IMG/VR virus record: IMGVR_UViG_3300016484_000793
Location: 1-39,788 of that record
DNA from: a virus
Taxonomy: Duplodnaviria; Caudoviricetes
Length of the DNA: 39,788 nucleotides
Direction: 5' to 3' (one strand)
Part shown: one piece after another, positions 26,369 through 34,626 of the stretch
Numbering within the stretch: position 1 is the first letter of the stretch
Layout: each line of letters starts with the position of its first letter
Position numbers and translations under genes: made by a program
The notes under the pieces: model-generated
The model's database searches: none
Told to the model about the DNA's origin: nothing
What the model saw: only the letters and a program-made list of their open reading frames with translations

Positions 26369-26540
26369 CTCACAGTCGCTCCTACTCGTCTACGAAGCCG
26401 CAGACGATCACGATTACCGCGCACGCTATAACGTGGAAGTCCCGGACGAACTCGGGGAGAAAGCCCTGCGCGTGCAGCGGGAATACGTGGAAATCCAATC
26501 GCTGCTGAAGAGCCATGGGATTGATGGGAAGGGATCGTGA
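26346..26540 (+). CDS. Hypothetical protein
   Basis: Overlapping start/stop chain of small genes. Confidence 0.55.
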   Translation: MKIQVISDSQSLLLVYEAADDHDYRARYNVEVPDELGEKALRVQREYVEIQSLLKSHGIDGKGS

Positions 26541-26773
26541 TGAATGTTCCAAGAATATTCCGATGCGAAGCCTGCAAAGGAAGGTTTTATTCCAACGCAG
26601 ACGGCAACTGGTCTAAGGAAGATCAGCTTAAGGAATTTGAAAACCTGTTTCCAGGTGAAGATCCTGAAGGGCAGGGATCTGTCTGCCATCAGTGTTGGCT
26701 GAAGATCATGAATAGCCCCGAAGGCAAAGCACTACGGGCGCAGCATGGCTGTCCGAATCATGAGGTGGAGTGA
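26537..26773 (+). CDS. Small Zn-finger protein
   Basis: CEAC...CHQC; coupled start. Confidence 0.6.
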   Translation: MMNVPRIFRCEACKGRFYSNADGNWSKEDQLKEFENLFPGEDPEGQGSVCHQCWLKIMNSPEGKALRAQHGCPNHEVE

Positions 26774-26997
26774 TGGAAAAGATAACGCCAGAAGAGCGAT
26801 GGAATAAGCTGAAAGAATTCGAAGCTCAGAACAAAGGAAAGGGCGTAACCATAGCTGATGCAAACGCCCTGATGCGGTCCCTGGGCATAGCTCCGCTGGG
26901 CTTTGGTGATAACCGAATGACCGAAGACGAAGCGGATGAATACTGCGACGAATGCAATTTGCACGAGTCCCAATGCGATTGTTTTGAGGAGGAGTGA
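26770..26997 (+). CDS. Hypothetical protein (C-terminal Cys cluster)
   Basis: SD GGAG; CDEC..CDC. Confidence 0.55.
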   Translation: MMEKITPEERWNKLKEFEAQNKGKGVTIADANALMRSLGIAPLGFGDNRMTEDEADEYCDECNLHESQCDCFEEE

Positions 26998-27197
26998 TGG
27001 CTAGAAAATGCACCGGCTGCAAAGAGGACATCAATCCCTTCGATCCTTTCGTCATCCCTCCGAACTTCCTTCGAGGTTGCGATGACTTCGGATATTGCTC
27101 CGAATGCAGCGATGACTATGGCTGGGATAGCGACGAACAGCGGGCCGAATGGAAACAGCACATGATTGATAAAGGTGAGAGGTTGATAGATGCCTGA
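26994..27197 (+). CDS. Small Zn-finger protein
   Basis: SD GGAGGAG; CTGC...CSEC. Confidence 0.55.
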   Translation: MMARKCTGCKEDINPFDPFVIPPNFLRGCDDFGYCSECSDDYGWDSDEQRAEWKQHMIDKGERLIDA

Positions 27198-27369
27198 AGG
27201 AACAGAGGTCTTCGATGCGATGCAAATCCTCCGTTCGTTTATGGGCTTCACGTTGGAGCTTGATGATCTGAACGTCGTAACCCTGGTGATTGAGCGCATT
27301 CATTCCTTAGAAAAGGAGGAAACTATGCTGCGGACGAAACTGAAAATCCTGGAGGGGAAGAATGCCTAG
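27190..27369 (+). CDS. Hypothetical 59-aa protein (below the ORF-track cut-off)
   Basis: SD GAGG, ATG at 27190 to TAG at 27369; overlaps both neighbours. Confidence 0.5.
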   Translation: MPEGTEVFDAMQILRSFMGFTLELDDLNVVTLVIERIHSLEKEETMLRTKLKILEGKNA

Positions 27370-27580
27370 AGCCAAAAAACTCCACAAAGCATCCAATCGC
27401 CTGGTCATGGAAGGCGACGAATTGAAAGCAACAGAATGCGGCCAGCCCACGCGGGATCTGGCAGAGGACTGGAAGGACGTGACCTGTAAGCGCTGCCTCA
27501 GGATGAAAAAGGAACCGGAAGCGGCTCCAATTCGTGCGTGGATCGACGAAAGCGGAAACCTGCATGAGGAGCCTGCATGA
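27362..27580 (+). CDS. Small Zn-binding protein
   Basis: H...CG...VTCKRC; SD GGAGG. Confidence 0.55.
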   Translation: MPRAKKLHKASNRLVMEGDELKATECGQPTRDLAEDWKDVTCKRCLRMKKEPEAAPIRAWIDESGNLHEEPA

Positions 27581-27659
27581 AGATCCGCGCGGTCATAGAC
27601 TTCCTGTGGTTCTTCCTCTTTCGAAGCGAGAGAAGGCCATGGGTGAAAGGGAAAAAGAG

Positions 27660-27920
27660 ATGAGCGAATTCATCATCACGCGAAAAGAGATCGACGACCT
27701 GGTCAAGGCTCTGCAGGAGCATAGGAATGATTTCTTTCTGGCCAAGAAGGCCTATGAGTCTTGCTTTGCAAGGCCTGTGGGGGAAGGGCGCTTCTTTACG
27801 GAGCAGGAATTCTTGGAAGCGAACATGCATTTTCCAAGGCTGCGCGATCCCATGGACTTCAATTATGACAAGCTCGTGAATGAGCATCTGGCGAAGTATT
27901 TCGGGAAAACCAGGGACTGA
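27660..27920 (+). CDS. Hypothetical protein
   Basis: Likely start MSEFII within ORF 27534..27920. Confidence 0.55.
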   Translation: MSEFIITRKEIDDLVKALQEHRNDFFLAKKAYESCFARPVGEGRFFTEQEFLEANMHFPRLRDPMDFNYDKLVNEHLAKYFGKTRD

Positions 27921-27962
27921 CCCAGGGACCTGCGTACCCGCCTGAATCAGCCTGTCCCCCGC

Positions 27963-28166
27963 ATGAACTCGGGGGAGAATTTATATGAGGGAGAAAAAGT
28001 GAAGAGGCAAGAATTTTTTATGTTTATAGGGATGTTGCTAGGCTCTATGGCGAGCGAAGGAAATAACTTCCTGGAAGAAATCAACTGCGATCCGGAGCAA
28101 ATCCGGGCGTTGAAAGAGGCTTTGCATCACATTTACAAGCAGACCTACGCCGAGGATATGAGATGA
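27963..28166 (+). CDS. Hypothetical protein
   Basis: ORF; the true start may be GTG near 27999 after GGAG. Confidence 0.5.
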   Translation: MNSGENLYEGEKVKRQEFFMFIGMLLGSMASEGNNFLEEINCDPEQIRALKEALHHIYKQTYAEDMR

Positions 28167-28531
28167 ACTTGGAACGACTCCGCGCGGTGCAGAAGGCGGC
28201 AACGAATCCTGGACCGTGGACAGTGCGAATGCAGCGCTACGGCGGATGCATTGTACAACAAGGCAATCGGATCAAAGAAGGGCCTGATGTTGCAGAAGTC
28301 ACCATGGAAAGTGACGGGACTTTCATTGCAGTGTTCAACCCCGAGCTGGTCGGGAAGCTGCTGGATATGATCGAGGAACAAATTCGCGTGCTGCGGGAGC
28401 TGAATGTACCGAAGTACAAGGCGTTTGTGGAAGCTTTTGACCAATGCCAGCATGTGAAGCCGGGAGACTTCGACGCTATGGAAAAGCTCAGCATCCTTAG
28501 TGCGGCCCGCAAGGCGCTGGAGGACGCATGA
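28163..28531 (+). CDS. Ead/Ea22-like protein
   Basis: LERLR..KAAT.PGPW...DGTFIAVFNP..V..LLD pattern. Confidence 0.65.
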   Translation: MNLERLRAVQKAATNPGPWTVRMQRYGGCIVQQGNRIKEGPDVAEVTMESDGTFIAVFNPELVGKLLDMIEEQIRVLRELNVPKYKAFVEAFDQCQHVKPGDFDAMEKLSILSAARKALEDA

Positions 28532-28887
28532 GCAAGCTGTCAGCTACACGCTGCGATGTATGCGGGGTTCGCAAATATGACGATGAGTCTTCCTATGATG
28601 GCTGGTATGGGCCAATTCTTCTGAAGATCGCCCAGAAAGGAGAGAGGGAACGAGTTCACAATTTCGAGCATGCTTGTCGCGATTGCGGGGTCCTGATTCA
28701 TCAGCATTTGAATAGCTGCACGCGGTCTACGTCCGTAAAAGAGGACAGAGAGGGTGATATCCGCGTGGCAAAGCGCGAGGCATTTTTCAAAGAAATGGAT
28801 GAGATTCTGGCGAACGGAACTTCGCATACGGCTGAACAGATCTACAAGATTGAAGCCGCGCGCAAGAAGATGTTGGAGGACACATGA
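28528..28887 (+). CDS. Zn-finger hypothetical protein
   Basis: CDVC...CRDC; SD GGAGG. Confidence 0.6.
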   Translation: MSKLSATRCDVCGVRKYDDESSYDGWYGPILLKIAQKGERERVHNFEHACRDCGVLIHQHLNSCTRSTSVKEDREGDIRVAKREAFFKEMDEILANGTSHTAEQIYKIEAARKKMLEDT

Positions 28888-29087
28888 TGACAACAATCCT
28901 GATTACTCTTATCGCGATATGGGCTGCAGGGTTTCTCCTGGTCCTGCTTGGTATCGCTGCATCAGAGTCTGAAAGCTTTGGGGAGCCAGGATTACGGCGA
29001 TTCATGACGCTTTTGTCCATGGCGATAATTTGGCCGCTGGTTCTTGGCCATATGATCCTGAAAGCGCTATGGGGAGCAAGGCAATAA
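28884..29087 (+). CDS. Small two-TM membrane protein
   Basis: Two hydrophobic helices, IIWPL motif. Confidence 0.6.
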   Translation: MMTTILITLIAIWAAGFLLVLLGIAASESESFGEPGLRRFMTLLSMAIIWPLVLGHMILKALWGARQ

Positions 29088-29119
29088 AAGTTAAATCGAT
29101 AACCGAAAAGGGGTGAAAA

Positions 29120-29365
29120 ATGTTCGCAACTCAATTCGCAGACATGATGCAGACGGTCCTTCATATCAGCAAAAAGCGTGAGATGACGATTCAGACTCCG
29201 CGGGTCGGCACGAGTCAGGTGGACAAAATCGTCGTCCATATGCTTCGGGATCTGGATGGAAGGCTGGATAAGCTCCAGGCTGAGAAAGAGGCGCTGGAGA
29301 AGGAATTGGAAGGCTTACGATTGAACTCGAAGCCGCAGCGAGAAGTCAGGGCGGGGGAGCTGTGA
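29120..29365 (+). CDS. Coiled-coil hypothetical protein
   Basis: SD GGGGTG; heptad pattern. Confidence 0.55.
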   Translation: MFATQFADMMQTVLHISKKREMTIQTPRVGTSQVDKIVVHMLRDLDGRLDKLQAEKEALEKELEGLRLNSKPQREVRAGEL

Positions 29366-29550
29366 TGGAAGAAACTCTCTGGATGGGAATCTGCCTGGTC
29401 GCGCTCATCGGTATGGCTGCATACTGCGTTCGAAGCGGCTGGAACGAGGCAGACTTCGAGGCGAAAAAGCGGGAGACGACCATGGAAATCTGTGCGCGGA
29501 AGGCTGAGACTGCTGGCCAGCTGGAGAAGTGTTTGAGGGAGAAGGAATGA
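29362..29550 (+). CDS. Small membrane-anchored protein
   Basis: N-terminal TM helix. Confidence 0.5.
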   Translation: MMEETLWMGICLVALIGMAAYCVRSGWNEADFEAKKRETTMEICARKAETAGQLEKCLREKE

Positions 29551-29801
29551 TGGAACTCGCTACAAACCCCAAGAAACTTTGCAAACGCTGTGGTAACGTC
29601 CATCCTTTAGACTGGTTCCGCATCCAGGCTCACACGCGGAAAGAGCATCCATGGTGCACGCCATGTGTGAGAGATGCGGCGAAGGTTTATAGGCTACGAG
29701 AGAAGGCTAGAAACGAGAATCAGCGAAGGATTAACGATGCAAGAGGACCCGCAATCGTCCGAAGATCAGCAGTGGGCGCTGAAGTTTCCCAACCAACCTG
29801 A
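29547..29801 (+). CDS. Zn-finger protein
   Basis: CKRCG..HPL..F...WCTPC. Confidence 0.55.
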   Translation: MMELATNPKKLCKRCGNVHPLDWFRIQAHTRKEHPWCTPCVRDAAKVYRLREKARNENQRRINDARGPAIVRRSAVGAEVSQPT

Positions 29802-30057
29802 TGTCACGATCGCCTTTATGACAAACATTGGCGGGAGCGGCTTTCCTGGCGTTGGCTTCATGCACGATGGATTGAAGAAGCCGGTGGGTTATGCGATGGC
29901 CCCACATGATATGGCTGACCTTGTGAATATTCTCTTTCTGATGATCGACAAGGCGAATAAGATCCTGGATGACGGCGACTATGAGAACCTGATGGAAGCC
30001 CTGAAAGCGAAGAAGTTGCCGGATAACGTGGTGCAGTTGTTTGGGAGGAAGAAGTGA
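29737..30057 (+). CDS. Hypothetical protein
   Basis: Likely start MQEDP after AAGGA. Confidence 0.5.
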   Translation: MQEDPQSSEDQQWALKFPNQPDVTIAFMTNIGGSGFPGVGFMHDGLKKPVGYAMAPHDMADLVNILFLMIDKANKILDDGDYENLMEALKAKKLPDNVVQLFGRKK

Positions 30058-30142
30058 GCTGGCGTGATATCACTTTGTTCCTGGCTGGATTTGTCTGCTA
30101 TCTGGTCGGATTCGTCATGGGCTACATGCGAGGGAGTAAGAA

Positions 30143-30433
30143 ATGACCGAAGTATTCCAAATCATCCTGGCCCTGGCATACGTCCTGGGTCTCTTGTTCA
30201 TCGCGGCTTTCATCGCATGGCAGAGGCAATGGATGCAGATCCTGAAAGAAAAGCGCGACGAAGTTCTGGAGAAGCAGGAGGAGTTGAAGGCGACTCTCGC
30301 GGCGATGAACAAATTCCACAACGAGAACATCGACCACAAAAAGCATGTCGATAAAACGCTGAAAGAGCACACGGCGCAACTCGGCTCCCTGACTCAATCC
30401 CAGGGCATGGCCAAGCCCAGCTTTATGAGGTGA
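30143..30433 (+). CDS. Membrane-anchored coiled-coil protein
   Basis: SD GGAG; N-terminal TM followed by a coiled coil. Confidence 0.6.
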   Translation: MTEVFQIILALAYVLGLLFIAAFIAWQRQWMQILKEKRDEVLEKQEELKATLAAMNKFHNENIDHKKHVDKTLKEHTAQLGSLTQSQGMAKPSFMR

Positions 30434-30436
30434 TCG

Positions 30437-30679
30437 ATGGAGCTTGTTGGACACAGCAGCAACTTTACTTGCGAGATTCAAAAAGCCGAAGGCATGCATT
30501 TCGGCGTCATGCGGGACACCAATGCTGGCGGTTCCGATTTCGTCGGTTTGATCCTGAAAAAGGCAGACATCGCTCTGGGTGCAGGATTCAACCTGGAGCA
30601 GGCGAAGACCCTGAAGGAGCAGCTTTCGAACGCAATTCTTGAATTAGAGAGGTTTGCGAATGCTCAGCGTATCGACTGA
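30437..30679 (+). CDS. Hypothetical protein
   Basis: SD GAGGTG. Confidence 0.6.
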   Translation: MELVGHSSNFTCEIQKAEGMHFGVMRDTNAGGSDFVGLILKKADIALGAGFNLEQAKTLKEQLSNAILELERFANAQRID

Positions 30680-30998
30680 AGAAAGAATGCCGCTTTCCTC
30701 TCCCTTCCCGAACAAGGTCATCGAGAAGTTCGAGAAGAACATCCAGACCATGGTCGATCACCTGACAGTCACGCGCGGCGGCTACCAGAGGGGCTTCGTG
30801 CCTGAGTGTCGCCGGCAGTTCGTCCTGCAGTACGTGAACTTTCGTCTGCGGGCAAACTGGGGTGTTCAGACTGAGCTGATCAAAGGTGAGCTGCATGTGA
30901 AAGAGATTGAGAAGAAGGAAAAGGACCTGGCTGAGATCGTGCAGACAGAGACCGCGATCGAGGAACAGGCTCCTGTGATTGGACTTGGGGAGCTTTAA
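30654..30998 (+). CDS. Hypothetical protein
   Basis: ORF in the coupled chain; exact start uncertain. Confidence 0.55.
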   Translation: MRMLSVSTEERMPLSSPFPNKVIEKFEKNIQTMVDHLTVTRGGYQRGFVPECRRQFVLQYVNFRLRANWGVQTELIKGELHVKEIEKKEKDLAEIVQTETAIEEQAPVIGLGEL

Positions 30999-31155
30999 AT
31001 GCGTGTGCTTACTACTTATGACGAGTACATGAATCCGAAAGATCAGTACCTTTCTGATGATGTGATTGTCTTGACAATCCCAGTACTCCGCAGCGTAATC
31101 AACAACCGGATCAAGGACAATCCAACAACAGATGACATCATCGAGGAGCTGCGGA

Positions 31156-31371
31156 ATGAAGCGGTTTGAGGTGAGCGGTCGCGACGATTTGCGGCTTGAT
31201 ATAGCGCTGATTGGAACCGGGTGGAAGGTGAAGCACGAAATCCCCGAAGGGGCGGTGTACCTGACTCGGGAGCAAGTGAGTGAAGCGATATCGCTTTGTT
31301 TCGAATATGGGAATGAAGGCATCTGCAATTACCTATTCGGAATGCCTAGCGTGCCAAGCGGTCCGGGCTGA
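31156..31371 (+). CDS. Hypothetical protein
   Basis: Start MKRFEV after GAGGAG. Confidence 0.5.
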   Translation: MKRFEVSGRDDLRLDIALIGTGWKVKHEIPEGAVYLTREQVSEAISLCFEYGNEGICNYLFGMPSVPSGPG

Positions 31372-31420
31372 ACTGACATCCGTTCACATCTGTGATCAGT
31401 ATTTACATCTTTTCTGATCG
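31369..31420. promoter_or_regulatory. Candidate res site / operator upstream of the resolvase
   Basis: Clustered inverted half-sites TGAAC..GTTCA, GTTCAC-N4-GTGATC and GATCAG..CTGATC in an AT-rich gap. Confidence 0.4.
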
Positions 31421-31462
31421 TAGCGTATTAAGTAGGCAATTTTCGGGCCTAAGGAGTCATAA

Positions 31463-32047
31463 ATGCGCTACGGATACGTGAGAATTTCAACGGACCTGCA
31501 AGAGTACAACGCCCAGAAGCAAGGCATTTCTAGCAAGTATGTGATTGATGAATGGGTGGAAGACACGGGAACGGGAAGGGTTACGCAGCCTAATCTTTCA
31601 AGGCTGATCTACAGAGCGAAGGCGGGTGATGAGATTGTTGTGTACGCTTTCGATAGGTTAGGCCGCAATACCCAGGCTGTCATTGGTATAGCGAATACTC
31701 TGCGAAATCGGAACGTGGGCATAATATCGATCAGAGAAGGGATTGATCTTAATAGTCCTTCGGGAAACATGGTCTTCCAAATGATGTGCAGCATTGCAGA
31801 GTTTGAGGCGTCTTTAATTGCCGATCGCGTAAGAGCAGGCCTTAAGGCTGCAAAGGAGCGCGGAGTAAAGCTTGGGAGAAAGCGCCTTGATGCAAACGCG
31901 GAAGCAATTCCATTCCTTGACATGGCTAAATCGTGGCGTAAAGAAGGTAAATCACTCAGAGCAATAAACGCTCTCATTCAAAGCAGAGGCGGAAAAATTA
32001 GCTATGGCGCACTTCAGAAGTATTTGGCAGATGCCGAGGCGCATTGA
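31463..32047 (+). CDS. Serine recombinase (resolvase/invertase family)
   Basis: YGYVRIST.LQ, GDEIVVYAFDRLGRN, IAEFE..LI..RV.AGL.AAK.RG..LGR, C-terminal HTH. Confidence 0.93.
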   Translation: MRYGYVRISTDLQEYNAQKQGISSKYVIDEWVEDTGTGRVTQPNLSRLIYRAKAGDEIVVYAFDRLGRNTQAVIGIANTLRNRNVGIISIREGIDLNSPSGNMVFQMMCSIAEFEASLIADRVRAGLKAAKERGVKLGRKRLDANAEAIPFLDMAKSWRKEGKSLRAINALIQSRGGKISYGALQKYLADAEAH

Positions 32048-32056
32048 GGTTTGCAT

Positions 32057-32338
32057 ATGAACATCCTCGATATCCTCCGCAAACACGAAGCATCCGACGA
32101 ATGCATCAACGCTGTGAAAGCCATGCTGCACGAGATCCCTGTCACCACGCGCATCAACACTGCTGAGGCAAACAGGGTCGGCATCGACAAGCTGAAAGAA
32201 TATCTGAAGCGCGATGCCGCCAGACAGATGGCCAGAGATTTAGAGAAGTCCGTTGCATCTTCGGAGATCAATGACGAAGATGGGAAGCTTACTGAAATGC
32301 GCTACACGCTTACCGTTGTAAAGGAGAGAGCACTATGA
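32057..32338 (+). CDS. Hypothetical protein
   Basis: SD GAGGT; coupled chain. Confidence 0.6.
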   Translation: MNILDILRKHEASDECINAVKAMLHEIPVTTRINTAEANRVGIDKLKEYLKRDAARQMARDLEKSVASSEINDEDGKLTEMRYTLTVVKERAL

Positions 32339-32550
32339 CTGAAGCAGCTAAGGTTATCTGCCGACACAAGGACATCGACGCGAATCATCTTGCACAGACG
32401 TACAAATGCAGGACTTGCGGAGAGATCTATTCGGGTGGTGGAGCGCTGGACCGCGCGCGGGATCTTGCATTCCAGGATACGCAGATTCAGCTTTTGGAGC
32501 AGGTCAACGCGAACTTGATCGCGCTTCAGACTCCGCAGGTGAAGAAATGA
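32335..32550 (+). CDS. Small Zn-binding protein
   Basis: CRH...CRTCG; SD AGGAG. Confidence 0.55.
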   Translation: MTEAAKVICRHKDIDANHLAQTYKCRTCGEIYSGGGALDRARDLAFQDTQIQLLEQVNANLIALQTPQVKK

Positions 32551-32747
32551 CAACCGAGGAGATGATCGCCTACCTTGAAAACGGTGAGAACGATCCTGCA
32601 GGTCTTCACGAAAAAACTTTCAATTCGATAGTTTACAAACTCCGCGCGGCTGAAGAGCTTGCGGCTTACTGCCGAGGATTTGACGGCTCGACCTGGAGCA
32701 CCATGATTGTGGAGCTGGCACGAGATTACGACAAGGCGGGAACATGA
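32547..32747 (+). CDS. Hypothetical protein
   Basis: ATGA-coupled start MTTEEM. Confidence 0.5.
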   Translation: MTTEEMIAYLENGENDPAGLHEKTFNSIVYKLRAAEELAAYCRGFDGSTWSTMIVELARDYDKAGT

Positions 32748-33637
32748 GCTGGATAAGCAAGCTTCTGCAGAAGATCTACAAGCGAAAGCAAAGGGAGCCG
32801 CTGAAGCCAAGGCCTGCGCAGCGCTGGGACGATCACAGCGCGCAGATCCAGCTCTATTTGCAGCTCATGAGGGATGGCGTCACGCCAGGCGAGAAGATGT
32901 TTCTTCAGGAGCAGATCCTTGCTCATTGCCAGTATCTGAACGAGCAACAAGCTCACTTGGTCGGCCAGGTCGAAGGTGATACCGTTGGGATGCAGCTCCG
33001 CGAGCGTGCCGACAACGTCATGGACCGCATGACCCAGGCCGAATACGAAGCCGACAAGCTGATCGATCATGTCAACAAACTCGACGGCACGGTTCCGGGA
33101 ACGAACAGCGTTCACGATCGCATCGCGAAGACCGATGACGAGTATAACAATCGGATCTTCCCATCTACGGGTAAGACCGAGGCGCAGATGGATGCCTGGA
33201 ATGCCCTGATGCTGAACGGCGGTAGGGTGATGCTCATGGGCCGGGACAAACCCGCCTACGTTGAAGTTAACCCCAAAGGATTCGTGTCTGAAGACAAGCC
33301 GCCGACTTTAGAAGCTCAGCTCGCGAAGGCTAACCGCCTGGCGAAGGAGAATGCGGAACGGCGCGCGGCATGGGAGAAGGAGAACAAGGAGCGCTTTCTC
33401 ACGAATCCCATGGAAGGCACGGTTCCCATGGATCAGGCGACCAAAGATATGGCTGCCAGGATTGAAGCCGGCATAATGAATCCAGCCCTGTTCGCGGCAT
33501 CAGTACAAGACCAGCTTCCCAGTCTTGAAGAGAAGCCGCTCGCTCTTTCGTCGCTTGACCAGGCCGGGGAGGACGACCTTTCCTCTGGTGGGGGTGCTTC
33601 CGTAGATCCAGCGGGGGAACTCGACCGCGGCGAGTGA
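32744..33637 (+). CDS. Hypothetical protein (3' end overlaps the endolysin in antisense)
   Basis: 297-aa ORF, ATGA-coupled start. Confidence 0.6.
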   Translation: MSWISKLLQKIYKRKQREPLKPRPAQRWDDHSAQIQLYLQLMRDGVTPGEKMFLQEQILAHCQYLNEQQAHLVGQVEGDTVGMQLRERADNVMDRMTQAEYEADKLIDHVNKLDGTVPGTNSVHDRIAKTDDEYNNRIFPSTGKTEAQMDAWNALMLNGGRVMLMGRDKPAYVEVNPKGFVSEDKPPTLEAQLAKANRLAKENAERRAAWEKENKERFLTNPMEGTVPMDQATKDMAARIEAGIMNPALFAASVQDQLPSLEEKPLALSSLDQAGEDDLSSGGGASVDPAGELDRGE

Positions 33638-33958
33638 CTTCATGCCTTCGTTCAATTGACGCAGCATTGTGGAGTCCAGGAACTTGCTGCGTTTGACGTT
33701 AAAGACGAAGCTGGCCAGGGCGTCATATTCATGCTGATGGAGTTCTGCTCTGACATGCCTTCCGATGAACTGATCGACCGATTCGATATCTTCCAGAAGG
33801 CGCATGCGCGCTTCCTCTTCTGTGATCGTCATCCCCAATTCAACGCCTCTGGTACTGCCCCAGCCAATCGTAGGCTTACCGGACGGGCAAAGGTATGCGG
33901 CCAGACGAAGGGCTTCGTAGTGCAGAATTAGGGCCTTTGTAATCGATGAGGATTGCAT
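33500..33958 (-). CDS. Endolysin, GH24 (T4/P21-like lysozyme), Cys variant
   Basis: E15-X8-C24-X5-T30 triad, TIGWGST, DALASFVFNV, LPGLVKRRKSE; SD AGGAGG. Confidence 0.93.
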   Translation of the reverse strand: MQSSSITKALILHYEALRLAAYLCPSGKPTIGWGSTRGVELGMTITEEEARMRLLEDIESVDQFIGRHVRAELHQHEYDALASFVFNVKRSKFLDSTMLRQLNEGMKSLAAVEFPRWIYGSTPTRGKVVLPGLVKRRKSERLLFKTGKLVLY

Positions 33959-33984
33959 GCGTCATCCTCCTGTACATAATGTGC

Positions 33985-34015
33985 AAAAGCGGCGAGCCCG
34001 AAAAGGCTCGCCGCT
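33985..34015 (-). terminator. Intrinsic terminator-like hairpin between the holin-like genes and the endolysin
   Basis: 11-bp stem AGCGGCGAGCC/GGCTCGCCGCT, loop UUUUCG, short U tract on the minus strand. Confidence 0.6.
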
Positions 34016-34063
34016 GCCGATGAAATTCGCCCTTGCTCATCCTGAGTCAGAGCATCCTAGAGC

Positions 34064-34261
34064 CTAAGCAGCAAGTTTAGCACGAACTTCAGCAGGCGAT
34101 ACCTTCCACAATTCCGCAAGAATCTCCACAAGGGCGTCATCGAGCTTGTTTTGTGTCTTGGATGCGTAGTCCATAAGAAGATCGATGATGATCTTGCGAA
34201 CGGCTGCGCTACCTGCCAGAGCCTTGATAATTGCCAATGCGGCTGCAACGATAGGGTTCAT
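34064..34261 (-). CDS. Small amphipathic/membrane lysis-associated protein
   Basis: ATG at 34261 with SD GAGG; hydrophobic N-terminus; KTQNKLDDALV motif. Confidence 0.6.
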   Translation of the reverse strand: MNPIVAAALAIIKALAGSAAVRKIIIDLLMDYASKTQNKLDDALVEILAELWKVSPAEVRAKLAA

Positions 34262-34335
34262 GAGGATTCCTCTCTTGGTGTGTTGTGCTGTTTTTAAGTG
34301 TCGATGATAAGACCTCGGCGGCAAATCGGCAACTT

Positions 34336-34626
34336 TTACCTATTCACCGTATTTTCCTCCTCTTTTCTCTCGCGCCCAAGGATTGCAATGCCTTCTATGG
34401 CATCGCCTTTCAGGAGCGCCAGGCTCACGTCTGTGATCACCGTGCATAGGTCCTTAACCCAGATGCAGTCGCCTTCCTGCATGCGACCGAGTTGTTTTAA
34501 GACAGCGCAAAGCATGATGAGAATGACGAGAATGGAGACCTTCACAACGGTAAAGGTCATGCCTTTGGTTTTGGTTAATAGCCCTATCCTGCAAGGCTTT
34601 GCTGGTTTTTTGGTTTTTTCTTCCAT
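34336..34626 (-). CDS. Putative holin
   Basis: SD AAGGA; basic N-terminus, TM helix, second hydrophobic stretch, charged C-terminus; upstream of the endolysin. Confidence 0.5.
   Translation of the reverse strand: MEEKTKKPAKPCRIGLLTKTKGMTFTVVKVSILVILIMLCAVLKQLGRMQEGDCIWVKDLCTVITDVSLALLKGDAIEGIAILGRERKEEENTVNR

Noticed and set aside
29085-29109. Second sigma28 promoter (TAAA..ACCGAAAA)
   Set aside because: Spacer is 13 nt rather than 15 and the -10 is degenerate
30588-31328. 246-aa minus-strand ORF
   Set aside because: Overlaps a chain of coupled plus-strand genes with good SDs; no recognisable motifs
33656-33931. 91-aa plus-strand ORF inside the endolysin as a nested spanin
   Set aside because: Antisense to the endolysin, with no lipobox, TM segment or SD
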